The notes under the pieces are model-generated. The model was not told the origin of the DNA. It made no database searches and saw only the letters and a list, made by a program, of their open reading frames with translations. A stretch of 64,000 nt of DNA from Octopus sinensis (lineage: Eukaryota): assembly GCF_006345805.1 (NCBI RefSeq), contig NC_043010.1, positions 54,808,001 to 54,872,000 on the forward strand. The letters run 5' to 3'. A program made the position numbers and the translations under genes. The first letter of the stretch is position 1, and every line of letters begins with the position of its first letter. This document shows, one piece after another, positions 12,805 to 26,130 of the stretch.

Positions 12805-13794
12805 ACGAATACGTGTTGTATGAATGTTACTCTCATCTCGCATCAGCTGAAATATATTGATCGGATCACGATTTACGCACAATTTTCATTTTTATAGACC
12901 CAAATGACAAAATATTGATACGTATATGAAAAATAGCAAAAAAATTAGAAGATCACTAGGTCAGGACGACTAGGTTATAACACGCAATATTATACATTCC
13001 CAACATACATAGCGAGCACCCGGAATGGTATTTTTGACAACATGCTGATGTTTTGTAGATGTATTCGAGAGTGGCAAAACACTTGCAAAACATTTGTAAC
13101 TATCCTCCGGAAGTTCGAATCGTTGATGAAATAGCGACGGTTTCTTCTTCCTCGTGTGTAAACGTGAAGTTAGACACACAGCATATTATTCAACCAGTCT
13201 GTGTTTACATAGCATAATGTTGAGATAAGGAATAAACACAGCATTAGGCTGACGCTAATATAGGCTTATTTACTAAAATATAATGAAAATTTTAATTTAC
13301 ATTGAAAACCTAGACAAGTTGCATAAACAAGAGCCATAAGCATGAAGCGAAACATTTTTATCAGCCTTTAACAGACAATATTAATCTCATGTTGTTTGTA
13401 TGCAGCTTTGGGAGGTAATAAAAGCAGCATATTTCCAAATACTATGCGGGTAGTGGTGGAGTAGAAATGTTTATATTCGCTATCGAGACGGCTTACCATC
13501 TCAGTACAAATGCTCTTCAACAGTCTGTTTCGGACTTATCGGGGTTAAAGTTAGACGATGCATTCCTTGTTCATATGCATTTGGCATTTTGCTTCACGTG
13601 GCCAAATAATTCAAATGAATTAGATAAATATTTTTAGTTTTACTGCATGCGTGATGGTTCTTGTAATTGCTCCTTCAGCTGTTTTATTTTTCTTGTGCAT
13701 TGAGATACCTACCGATGCTGATGTTGTTGTGATTGAAGGTTTCTACATGTATCCTATTTTTGCAGGGTTAGCGTGATTTGAAGACTATACTCAA

Positions 13795-13799
13795 CAATT

Positions 13800-13867
<68 letters not shown>

Positions 13868-13895
13868 CATTATTATCATCATCATTATTATTTTC
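13795..13895. repeat. (CTT)n(ATT)n microsatellite, tail of the adjacent RLE LINE
   Basis: Direct inspection. Confidence 0.9.
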
Positions 13896-14529
13896 CCTTT
13901 GGCACACGTTTTGTTGGAGTTCTTGTTGTCTTGCATGCGTAGCGGGCTTACTACCTGCAGCTTACGTTATCAAGTTATTCGCTTTTTTTCAACTAACACT
14001 TCCTAATTATCCTGGCCGTGCCAAGGAGGGAAAACTTTTTAAACAGTTCTACTGGGTGCTCTATTCCAAATTTGTTTATGTTCTTCTTAATGCCTTCTGG
14101 TACGCTCCCCAAAGACCCAACAGTTATTGGCTGTATATACACCTCCTTCAGTTTCAAAAGCCGGGCTATTTTGTACTTAAGAGGGCTTTTCACCTTCCTT
14201 CTTGACAATTCGTCCAAGGGCTACGCAACATCAACTATATAGATCATGCGAATAATATAATTCAACCACTAAGTCCGGTCTTTTATTCTCTAATACTTGA
14301 TCTGGATGGGTTGGAAAATGACATGAGGTTTGCAAGTGTCAGTGGTTCTTGCTTGCGCTACATCTTGCCTTTCTCTATCACCCACTTTTTGGGCAGTTTC
14401 TAATGTTGCTCTTTCGCTACCTCATCGTGTCACAAGGTGTATTGGTTTGGAGCAAATGTAGGGTATTCATTTGAGACAAAGACAATGGTTTGGTCCACTC
14501 AAATTAAAATTGCGCTATAACGGAGACAC

Positions 14530-14530
<1 letters not shown>
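13893..14530 (-). mobile_element. 5'-truncated R4/Dong-type RLE LINE flanked on both sides by (AAT)n
   Basis: Minus frames: PTFAPNQYTL*HDEVAK, HPDQVLENKRPDLVV, KYKIARLLKLKEVYIQPITVGSLGSVP...LLGTARIIRK. It starts right at the (AAT)n array at 14530 and ends in (AAT)n at 13895. Confidence 0.85.
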
Positions 14531-14593
<63 letters not shown>

Positions 14594-14629
14594 ATTATTA
14601 TTACTATCATTATTATTATCATTATTATT

Positions 14630-15182
14630 GAATCAGAGAGCAGTGCATGCCATCAAAGTGACACTGGGGTAAAATATACGAAGCTCAGTATACCTATCTA
14701 GACTACCCATCTGATAAGTGTACACCAGGCACATGCATCACAACCATATATGCGCGACATGGTGATATCATATTAAGATAAACAGCACATGAACTTGCAG
14801 ATGGAGCCCAGTGAGAATTTTCTTCTGGTCGAGTAACCCATCTCGCTCAGAAGGTCCCTGAATAAGGGTTGTTTAAAGATGTTGAACGAAACACCCATGT
14901 TTCCAAGGGTGAATTATCCAAACCTCTAAGGATTCTTTTCAATACACGGCTATGACGCTTCCCTACTACTTCTTCTCATGATCACAGATGTACATAATGT
15001 CAGTCACTAAGGGACATGCTCAACTGGTTAAGGTCAAGCAACTGACAAACAAATCTGTGGTATTGAGCAGAATATTTGCTGTAGCCCATCTTTTATACCA
15101 AGACAAGCAATGTACATGATAACACTTCCAATTAGTTAAGATCAGAAGCCATGAGAGTCACTGCCTGGTACTACATCAGGGC
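14630..15182 (-). mobile_element. ~550-bp non-coding element D embedded in (AAT)n, copy 1
   Basis: Homologous end to end to 59279-59825; 5' end GCCCTGATGTAGTACCAGGCAG, 3' end GATGGCATGCACTGCTCTCTGATTC then (AAT)n. Confidence 0.8.
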
Positions 15183-15242
15183 ATTTATCATTAATAGTAT
15201 TACTATTATTATTATTATTATTGCCGTTATCATCATCATTAT

Positions 15243-15275
<33 letters not shown>

Positions 15276-15286
15276 TATTATATTAC

Positions 15287-15323
<37 letters not shown>

Positions 15324-15389
15324 TATTATTATTATATTATTATTATTATTAATATTATTATTACTATCATTATTATTATCATTATTATT

Positions 15390-15942
15390 GAATCAGAGAG
15401 CAGTGCATGCCATCAAAGTGACACTGGGGTAAAATATACGAAGCTCAGTATACCTATCTAGACTACCCATCTGATAAGTGTACACCAGGCACATGCATCA
15501 CAACCATATATGCGCGACATGGTGATATCATATTAAGATAAACAGCACATGAACTTGCAGATGGAGCCCAGTGAGAATTTTCTTCTGGTCGAGTAACCCA
15601 TCTCGCTCAGAAGGTCCCTGAATAAGGGTTGTTTAAAGATGTTGAACGAAACACCCATGTTTCCAAGGGTGAATTATCCAAACCTCTAAGGATTCTTTTC
15701 AATACACGGCTATGACGCTTCCCTACTACTTCTTCTCATGATCACAGATGTACATAATGTCAGTCACTAAGGGACATGCTCAACTGGTTAAGGTCAAGCA
15801 ACTGACAAACAAATCTGTGGTATTGAGCAGAATATTTGCTGTAGCCCATCTTTTATACCAAGACAAGCAATGTACATGATAACACTTCCAATTAGTTAAG
15901 ATCAGAAGCCATGAGAGTCACTGCCTGGTACTACATCAGGGC
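15390..15942 (-). mobile_element. Element D, copy 2 (tandem duplicate, period 760 bp)
   Basis: Identical by eye to 14630-15182, offset exactly 760 nt. Confidence 0.85.
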
Positions 15943-16026
15943 ATTTATCATTAATAGTATTACTATTATTATTATTATTGCCGTTATCATCATCATTATT
16001 GTTATTATTATTATTATTATTATTAC

Positions 16027-16107
<81 letters not shown>

Positions 16108-16604
16108 CATTCGGTGGGAGAACAATGCATCTTGTTGTGTTGATTGTTGCGGCAGTGTCGATTGTAGCTATAGTTATTAAGGAGAAACTAAAAAGTATAT
16201 ATATATCATATATCATATTATATAACCAAAAAAAAACTATCAACGATGCGTGTAATAAAAAATATTACATTGCTCCAAATTAATTTAAGATTGTACGAAT
16301 CGTGCATTGGCATGGCAGAGTGTGTTTTGTGGAATGATTACTCTGCAGTTGAAATTATATGCTGTATAAAAAATTATATGGGAGACACTGGTGGGAATTT
16401 AAAGTATTTGGTTACAAGCCAGCTTAAATGTGATTCGATTTTACAGTGATATGATGGAAAAGTTAGCCATCTTGTGTTGGATTTCGTTATATTAATCATA
16501 CTGTATAAACTTTTCTCGAGAGAAGTTTATTTTCTGTTTAAAAAAATATTATGTAGCAGTACATACATCAATATTTCTAAAACCATAACATGGCTATCTG
16601 TTTG

Positions 16605-16684
<80 letters not shown>

Positions 16685-16727
16685 ACTATCTATCTTTGAA
16701 TGCGTACATGATGCATACATATACATG

Positions 16728-16772
<45 letters not shown>

Positions 16773-16914
16773 GTATGTATGTAAATATATATATATATAT
16801 GTACATATGTACATATATACATATATATAGATGTATATATATATTATATATATATATACATATATATAATTATTTATATATATGTATGTACATATATACA
16901 TATATAGAAATATA

Positions 16915-16969
<55 letters not shown>

Positions 16970-16970
16970 T

Positions 16971-17119
16971 ACGACGCACTTCTTTCAGTTTCCCTCTACC
17001 AAATACACTCATAAGGCGATAGTAGAAAGACACTTCCCCAAGTTGCCACGCAGTGGGACTGAACCTCGAACCCTGTGGTTGTTAAACAACCTACTTACCA
17101 CACAGTCCCCCCTACGCCT
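16971..17119 (-). mobile_element. SINE family A head fragment
   Basis: CTTTCAGTTTCCCTCTACC...CAGTGGGACTGAACC...CTTACCACACAG. Confidence 0.75.
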
Positions 17120-17167
17120 ATATATATGTATATATATATATATAATATATATATATATATGTGTGTG

Positions 17168-17786
17168 TTTTACTGCATATTTCACAATTCTTACGGCCAA
17201 TGTTAGAATCTTGCAAGGAAATGGAAAATAGTTTTAAGAAATTTAGAATAAATATGTATATATATATATATATATAATATATATATACATATATATTTAT
17301 ATTAGATAAATCCAGTTATAAAGCCCCTGGGTTTACGTGTACATCTGTGTGTGTGTTTGTGTGTGCACGTATCTGGTTCTGTCTGTATGTATGTCTGTAT
17401 GTGTATGTATATAGTCATGTTTGTTGTTTGAATGAATGTACATTATATTTATATATAATTTTTATTTCAGATACACCCTCCGTAATTTATTATGTTTAGT
17501 TATCGTTATTTTTTTACATCCTTTTATTGATTACTCAATGATTTTTTGAATCATCTTTCATATTTAGAAGCGTTTACTACGAAAATCGACAACAAAAATT
17601 CCTGAGTATTAACAGGTAGAATTCCAGCATTGCAGTGATTATCTTTGCCAACAGTTTGTTAATGAAATATCACATGTATGAAAGTTTTAGTTAAAATTTA
17701 AATTTTACTGCATATTTCACAATTCTTACGGCCAATGTTAGAATCTTGCAAGGAAATGGAAAATAGTTTTAAGAAATTTAGAATAA

Positions 17787-17829
<43 letters not shown>

Positions 17830-18325
17830 TATTTATATTAGATAAATCCAGTTATAAAGCCCCTGGGTTTACGTGTACATCTGTGTGTGTGTTTGTGTGT
17901 GCACGTATCTGGTTCTGTCTGTATGTATGTCTGTATGTGTATGTATATAGTCATGTTTGTTGTTTGAATGAATGTACATTATATTTATATATAATTTTTA
18001 TTTCAGATACACCCTCCGTAATTTATTATGTTTAGTTATCGTTATTTTTTTACATCCTTTTATTGATTACTCAATGATTTTTTGAATCATCTTTCATATT
18101 TAGAAGCGTTTACTACGAAAATCGACAACAAAAATTCCTGAGTATTAACAGGTAGAAATTCCAGCATTGCAGTGATTATCTTTGCCAACAGTTTGTTAAT
18201 GAAATATCACATGTATGAAAGTTTTAGTTAAAATTTAAATTTTACTGCATATTTCACAATTCTTACGGCCAATGTTAGAATCTTGCAAGGAAATGGAAAA
18301 TAGTTTTAAGAAATTTAGAATAAAT
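17168..18325. repeat. Tandem duplication, ~536-bp unit x ~2.2
   Basis: TTTTACTGCATATTTCACAATTC starts at 17168, 17703 and 18240; units differ only in (TA)n length and a 1-nt indel by eye. Confidence 0.95.
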
Positions 18326-19072
18326 TTTCACTTTAATTTACGTACATATAGAAGGCATCACCCGAATTTTGACAACCAGCAAAGTGAACGCTGGAGATGT
18401 TTCCTCAAAAAATACACTCCAGTTTAATCCCGTTTAAATGAGACTTCAGCCGACTCCAAAGAATTCCAAATATAGAAAGAATTATCAATGACTTTCGGAC
18501 AATGATATTTGAATAATTCGTAATGAAACGAACTATAGAAACGGAAAACGAAATTTCGCCAATAGCATCAATGTGGATTAAATTAAAGTGTGATATATTT
18601 AAATGTCATGCTCCCAAAACTAAATAACTCAGTTTATTGTAAATTGCCTCTTACTTGACGAAATAAAACAACATGGAAGGAAAAATATTGAGAAACACAC
18701 GAAGAAAAGCTGAAATGATTAAAGAATTGTTGTGTTAATTAATTTGGTTTTCAAGAAAAGACCAGTCTGGTCTTTATTTGCAGGGCATTGTTAATTCTTT
18801 AATGAAGAAGAAAATTCCAATGAATGGAAAACAACAGGCGTTTGGTATTGGATAATCCATAACGTATTAATCCAGATTCATGCCTTTGGCGCCCATTGTT
18901 TATTTCACTTCGTTCATTGTATTTTTAGATAATTATTTATGCTATCGTATCTTCTATATAAATTCATGCACACAAACCCATACATGCATGAATGCATGCC
19001 TATACACACTGTTTCATTTCTATTTATCTCTATCTCCCCAATCTGGGTGTGTATGTATATATATATATATAT

Positions 19073-19109
<37 letters not shown>

Positions 19110-20500
19110 AATAAGTTGATAGATTCATAAATATCGAGAGAGAGGTACTTGCTCCTTTTTCCAAGGAGGTTTTAACTAGCATATGAATATAGATCGTAAT
19201 AAGACCACGTCCTCTCATATAATCAGTTAAGAGCAATCCTATTCAATCGAAAAGAATATTTGAATGATAAGATTCGAGATGAATCTTCCCTATAATTAAG
19301 AAAAGTCTGATTCCTATAACACAAAAGAATTATAGATATCGGAATTGTAATTTTTTAAGAGGAATCACAATGCTACAATATTTGAAAATGGAATTTCTCC
19401 TAATGATCTGAAGAAACACAGATTATAAAAATTGCTCCAACAAAACTGAAAGCATTTTTGAAAATAGATATGGAATTCAAAATTCAAAGCAAATATATAT
19501 TGTGAGATATATCTAAAAATGTCCATCTAAATAATGTACCTTATCATAATTCATTTCTTTCATATAATGTAACAATAACATTGAGGAAACAAAAAAAGCT
19601 GATTCACACGGAAACAACTGTATCAGTGTACAGGCACGTACGATATAATTGTGACTTATATAATCGACAGATAGCACAGTCTGCATCTGTGTGAACCCTT
19701 CATTACGTTCAAAGACCACACGGATATTTTTAACTGAATCCCGTGTGTACGAATTAATCAGGCTAATAGCATCAATAAACAAATTAAAACAGATGGAACA
19801 ATATCAATATGTAAGCACGTACACTAGTATTCCGACTTCATATAAATAAGAGAGTTGAATGTCTGCCTAAGTATAGACCTCATATAACTTTGAAAGGCCA
19901 CGAATATATTTTTAACCTAAACACTTTTCTAGACGACATCATCCAATAATACGAATGTTACACAATCCACAGATTTACATTCATAGAATAATATCACGTT
20001 GACGATCAAGCAGTTTAATAGTACTAGGAGTAGAAATTAATTGCTGTATATCTACTCAATTTGACAAAGTGGAGTGATATCTCACCATAACATAACCATG
20101 CTAAGAAAAGTCAGCGTTTATTTGTTGATTCCATTAAGGTAATTGATATAAAGTTTGATATGAGGGCACGGTTGTGCACATGCAAACAAATAAATACTTA
20201 TATATATATGAATGCATATATATATGCATATTAATACATTCCAGGGCAGCAAAAACATTTTGAAAATTTCTTTGCTACCAGTGGTCTAGCGACAAGAAAA
20301 AACTAGTCAATAGACTATATACTGTTCATATAAAAATACAGTCTACATTTAAACACATAAGAGATGGCCATAGCAGGACATCTGAGCCGCTAGTAGGAGT
20401 AGGTAAACTCCATACCACTATTAGGGGTAGGAACTGGAACTGGAAAATAAAAACATTTACCCTCTAGAGGGTAGATACATTTCTTGTGTGTATAAATGTA

Positions 20501-20567
<67 letters not shown>

Positions 20568-21542
20568 CAGGATAAAATCTATATAAGATTTTACAAAGTA
20601 GACACCGTGTAAAACCAATTAAGGAGAAAAATTCATACGAGGTATATATTTTTTTTTTAAATTCCAGGGTGTGACTTTCCTTATAGTAATTGCCCTTAAT
20701 GCATGTGTATGTGTGTATAGTGTGTGTGTGTGTGCATTTCAAAACATCTGGCATAAAAAAGATTGCTTATGATGTATCAATCGATCGATTTATCACTGCT
20801 AAGTTGGTGTCATGTGATGTTCCTAAAGATCACGTCTGCCAGAATGAATCTGATGTCTTTGCGAAAGTATACTAAAGTTAAAATGCTGTCTACTTATATT
20901 AATTTTCTTTTTTTTATTATAGTTTGGTATATTCATATAATTATTATAGATGAAGTAAAAACAGGAAACAAAAACTGCCTTAAAACACGAATAACAAATA
21001 TATTCACCTATCAAAAACAAACGCCCACACATTCAGCTCCCCTAATAACAAGCTTTTTATTTTCTTTCATACATTTTGACTAAGATGTACGACTATGATT
21101 TGCTTTCATATACATGTACATATTTAAGTTCTTATGTATCACGTTATAATTTCATCAGAGCTTCAAAAGTGATGTTCAATTATATTTGGGAAAGCATTTT
21201 CTGTTTAAGTATTTGTACGTTTATATATTTGTTTGGCAAAATACTTGAAGTAACATCGTGCGTTGAAACAAATAGCGCTATACTTGGGATAGCTACATTT
21301 TGCAAATTAAACCCACGCATTATGTCCTAGATTTGGATAAAAGATAATGCTAGCGGATTAGTTCATTATGATTGTTTTTAACATAGTTCCCTCTCAAATC
21401 TACACACTTATTGGCGCAGTCCTTCGGGTTTTCTAAACAATGTAAAAGAACCCGGAATGTTGGACCTCAAACCTGTTCATTCAGAATTCCCTTAAAGTCA
21501 TGAACTTTTCAGCACACTTTCGTATTTGGTTTTCATTTCAGC

Positions 21543-21590
<48 letters not shown>

Positions 21591-22187
21591 GTTATTATTA
21601 TCATCATTATTATTATTTTAGTTCTTTTGTCAAATGTCTTTCGTCACACCACATGTGACACCTTCAGCGACATTTTATCCCACTTGTCTCCTCTTCTACT
21701 TATTCCAAAGAGTCGTTGAAAGGGCACAGGATGTTTGACGAAAGAATTTTGATAAATAAATTAAAGTAAGAATAATAAAGCTGGATTGAAGACCAAATAT
21801 ATAGTCCGTGTCTTTTATTTGCCAAACTACGACCATCTCCATGTCAAAGAATTTACATTTATAAATATACAGAAAGCATTACCATCGAAGGAATCATAAA
21901 CATTATATAGGAAATGTAATACAAAATTTGAGATTCAGAATCCTTCCCAGAAAAAGGAGAGTTATGGAATTATATATATCAATATAGGCAAATGGAAGAA
22001 TTCCTATGTAAAGAATTGGAAAATAATTAAATATACACCTGAGAAAAGAGATACATAGAAAATGACAGAAAACAGAACAGTAAGAGAAAGTAGGGGAGAA
22101 AAAGTATGTGTTTGAGGATCATAGAACAATTTAACATAAGGACCCAAGCCAGATCGACAATTAACAGGCCGAAGAAAGAATGAAGCG

Positions 22188-22608
22188 GGAAAGCGGCAAG
22201 TTGGCAGAAACCTTAGCGTGCCGGGCGAAATGCTAAGTAGTATTTCGTCTGCCGTTTCGTTCTGAATTCAAATTCCGCCGAGGTCGACTTTGCCTTTCAT
22301 CCTTTCGGGGCCGAATAAATAAGTACCAGATACGCACTGGAGTCGATATAATCGACTTAATCCGTTTTTCTGTCCTTGTTTGTCCTATCTGTGTTTAGTC
22401 CCTTGTGGGTAGTAAAGAAATAGGTATTTCGTCTACCGCTACGTTCTGAGTTCAAATTCCGCCGAGGTCGACTTTGCCTTTCATCCTTTCGGGGTGGAAT
22501 AAATAAGTACCAGTTACGCACTGGGGTCGATATAATCGACTCAATTCGTTTGTCTGTCCTTGTTTGTCCCCTCAGCCTGTAGTCCCTTGTGGGCAGTAAA
22601 GAATTAAG
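22188..22608 (+). mobile_element. SINE family B head-to-tail dimer
   Basis: Full monomer, then junction GTAAAGAAATAGGTATTTCGTCT, then a second monomer lacking the head. Confidence 0.85.
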
Positions 22609-24354
22609 AAACAATGGAGCGGGAAGTCACCTTACAAAAAATAGCGGGTGTTTTTGTGTGTCCGCATTCGTGCGCGTGTGTGTTTCGCTTGTGCGAGTGT
22701 GCTCGTGTGGCCGTGCGTGTGTGCGCATGTGTATGAATGTGCATCTATTTATGGAACTACCGGAGTAATATCCGGTTTATATTCTATACATCAATATTTC
22801 ATATTAATTTTTCTCTGCCTCGTTTTGTGTGAGTATGTTTCTCTTTCTGTGTTTGTTGTTCGTTTCGTTGTACGTGGACCGGCGGATGAATTTGACTCTG
22901 ACCTTTTCGTCAACACGTTTATACTTGTTGTTACATATCCTATATGTACATATTTATGCATAAACTTATACTTCTGGACACAACAGCTACTAATCAATGA
23001 AATTTCATAGGGTATGGCCGCTGAATTTATTTTACCGATGATCACAACGCACCCCTTCGATTGGTCCGAATCATCAACAACCAGTTTCAAATACACCTCT
23101 AATTCCAAGTCCTTTGTTCAGGTTAATCCGGCATTTCAGGCCTAACCTTATACGCCTGCCATTTGTCAAACACCCAGCGGTACAATTTCGTCGTTGGTAT
23201 CTTTTTCAACAATTTCTTTCATAACAGTTTTGGTAGTTCGATAATCGGTACACAGATGGAATTCGAAATATATGATTCTAACGAATAATTTCGAAACCAT
23301 TTTTCATTTTTGTCACTTGTAGCATGTAGCATGTAGCGTTCACATATCGCACTGATGATATGCAATTGAAACTATCATTCATAGTAACGGAGTCGTCAAC
23401 CTAGCAGAATTTTTGGCTTACAGGCATTTTTTTCCAGCTTTAAGTTTTGATGTCAATTTTCACCGAGATCGACTTTGCTTTTCTTCGTTTCTCGTTTGAT
23501 GAAATAAATACCTCTAAGTACCTTTTCCAGAATCCCAGGCTTCGTACCACTGCCAAAACGGATTGTTACTCATAGCAAAGAAAAGCTTCCTTTCATCAGA
23601 GCATAGTAGTGCATAGACTGTTTTCTATTCCTTTTTATAATCATACTTGGGCATTTATAGCGTTTATGGGGACATATCTTCTTGATATATTTTATTGCAG
23701 TCGTTTTTCTTGTGTCTCATTGAAAATCACCAACAATACAGTACTCACTTTCAGTACAGTATAACAATACAATACTATCTTTCAAAGCTATTATATTCTG
23801 TCGTTATTATACTTTAGAAACAAACTATAAAGTCTTAGTGAGCGATCACACATTTCTCGGCTACAGGCTGTTGTTATTAATCACTTTGCTAATAAATTTC
23901 CAACCGCAAATAAAATGTTTTCACATATTATTTGTAGGCAGGTGTTATATTTTCTCATAACAAGACATACTGCTGTAAGCAGCCCACGATGAAACGCTTT
24001 ATCATAGTCGTCACTCAATTTGTTGTAACGGTCTCTGCTGGAGTTCGAATTATATTTTCCGGTAGAATATTAACGCTATAATCTGATGAACAATGTTTAT
24101 TCTTCCTTGGAAACCAGTCTAAATATTTTTTTTATTGTTTCTTTAATTCCCCACAATTAAAATATGTGGCCATCCCTAATTTGGAAGTCTTTGCAAATGT
24201 TTGTTTTACTTTTCGTAAAACAAAATATTACGTCAATTCTTCATTTTATTTGGGGCTTCGTTGCTTAGACGGTCCACGTTTTCAGTTATACACTCCATGA
24301 CAATTTACCGCGTTTACCGGTAAAAATTCGACTTTATATACACAGCGTATGAAG

Positions 24355-24667
24355 ACGCTCGGCTTAGTTTATTCGATTAATGAGTGTAAGACCGTGAGTT
24401 CAATTCCTCACACAGAGTTTTATCCGTGAGCAGAACACTTTATTTCACGTTGCACTCATTAGCTCATCCGAGAGAAGGGAGAAGTACCTCCAATTCAAAG
24501 AAGTACCTCTAATTCATTCTATGTCACGCGAAATCACCCTGAGAATTACGCTAGGAGTATACGTGTCCATAGAGTACTCAGTCACATGAACGTTAATTTC
24601 AAGAGTAGGCTGTTGCGAGGATCGGATCTCCTGCAACACTCGCCGTCGTAACCGATAGAGTACCAGT
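24355..24667 (+). mobile_element. Old SINE with E-like core and C-type tail 1
   Basis: GAGTTCAATTCC B-box, GAGCAGAACACTTTATTTCACGTTGC core, and tail GAGAATTACGCTAGGAGTATACGTGTC...GTCGTAACCGATAGAGTAC. Confidence 0.6.
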
Positions 24668-24857
24668 TGGTATATACAATAAACATAGTGAAACAGTCAC
24701 ACATCATCAGATTCTCTCCAAATCAGCTCCATTTGACATGGAATATTTGGTGTCCTAAGATTGTGTTGGCGTTTACATTGACCTGCCTGCTTTGGCTGTA
24801 AGTTTTAGAGTGAAATATTTTACTTGCGTGTCGGAAAATGTGCTATTTCCACTTATG

Positions 24858-24940
24858 CTCTTACTTGTTTCAGTCATTTGAGTGCGGTCATGCTGGAGCA
24901 CCGCCTTTAATCGAACAAATCAACTCCAGGACTTATTAGT
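24858..24940 (-). mobile_element. SINE family A tail fragment
   Basis: TCTTACTTGTTTCAGTCATTTGAGTGCGGTCATGCTGGAGCACCGCC. Confidence 0.8.
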
Positions 24941-24949
24941 CTAGATTGC

Positions 24950-25240
24950 GAATCCTCGGTACCCCAGGATTGTTCAGCTCTCCACCCGTTAAAAGACACT
25001 GCTTACGGAATCAAGATAAGAACGTAGCTTTCACGCTCGTGCAACCGCCAGTATATCGCGTGTGGTGGGTGGATCTTCAAGTTGCCACACGCATTCTTAG
25101 TAGCTTAAAGTAGGCTCGAATTAGAGATTATTCTTTGTGGCCAATGGCGTGAGACCTGATTTGAAGAAGAAGAAGAAGAAGAAGAAGAAGAAGAAGAAGA
25201 AGAAGAAGAAGAAGAAAAAAAAGAAGAAGAAGAAGACATC
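24950..25240 (+). mobile_element. Possible RTE-clade LINE 3' end with (GAA)n tail
   Basis: ...GTGGCCAATGGCGTGAGACCTGATTT directly followed by (GAA)n, the arrangement typical of RTE 3' ends; no ORF evidence. Confidence 0.4.
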
Positions 25241-26130
25241 AACAACAGCTGCTTCTCCTGTTATTGCTACTATTGTCTATAAGGCTTTTTGCGACAATAG
25301 TTTTGAATAAGGTGTTTATATTTGTGCATGGACGACTTCCTCGTTTAGCATAGTTCAGCGTTTTTAAATGCATTTTTAAGGCGTATATAGGAGATTGACG
25401 CTATATCCAGAGCACTGTTATGTTTCTTAAACTTCTTCGTTTGTGCTTCTGCCATTGTCTATATTGCAATCTTTGTGAGAGTGTGTTTGTGTATGCGTGA
25501 GTGTGTGTACGAGTGAGCGCTTGTGTGTGTGCTTATGTGTATGTATATGTGTGTTTTGGCGTGGTATTGCTGACGTAACTGTGTACATTTGCGATCTTGA
25601 ATGATTTATAAAAAACTGCGTAGCTAGGTTACAATATTGCTTGTGTTCCCTTACCTAATACGATTAAAAACAATAGAATATGAAAACAAATCATGAAATA
25701 TTCATATAAAAGTATTAAATAACAATTAAATTTGTTACAAGATACTTAATTAAAATGTAATATCGACATTTATTTCTTCATAATATTTCTTCGTATTACC
25801 TATTCTTGAATATTCACTATTTCATTTATTTTATTTTTCATTGTATTTCGAGAAAACGTAATTTTTCGATAATATTAGTTTCCTTTAATTGGCCATCAAA
25901 ATAATTTTATAGTTTTTTTGTAAGTCTATACAATCTGAGATGACAACAGTCAATTAGTAACGCTGACAGTGAAGAGATTGTATAAAAAAAAAACATGTTT
26001 ATATTTTACTTCTCCTTGTCTAATGGAACAATATAATGTTTTAGTTAGAGCACTAAGTATTATTTACCTACCCAGAAGAATAGAATGGGAGATCACAAAA
26101 GTAGGATTTCAACTGAATATATATATTGCA

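Noticed and set aside
20458-20473. 16-bp perfect palindrome TACCCTCTAGAGGGTA
   Set aside because: Isolated, with no associated structure; not distinguishable from chance.
21700-22130. A-rich segment resembling a LINE ORF2 end (GELWNYIYQYRQMEEF)
   Set aside because: No diagnostic motif recovered.
22791-23260. Protein-like ORF LEVYLKLVVDDSDQSKGCVVIIGKINSAAIPYEI
   Set aside because: No recognisable motif, it runs into low-complexity sequence and several frames look equally plausible.
23939-24061. Possible signal-peptide exon (MKRFIIVVTQFVVTVSAG) on plus, or RDRYNKLSDDYDKAFHRGLLTA on minus
   Set aside because: Both strands give equally plausible readings with weak splice sites, and nothing discriminates between them.
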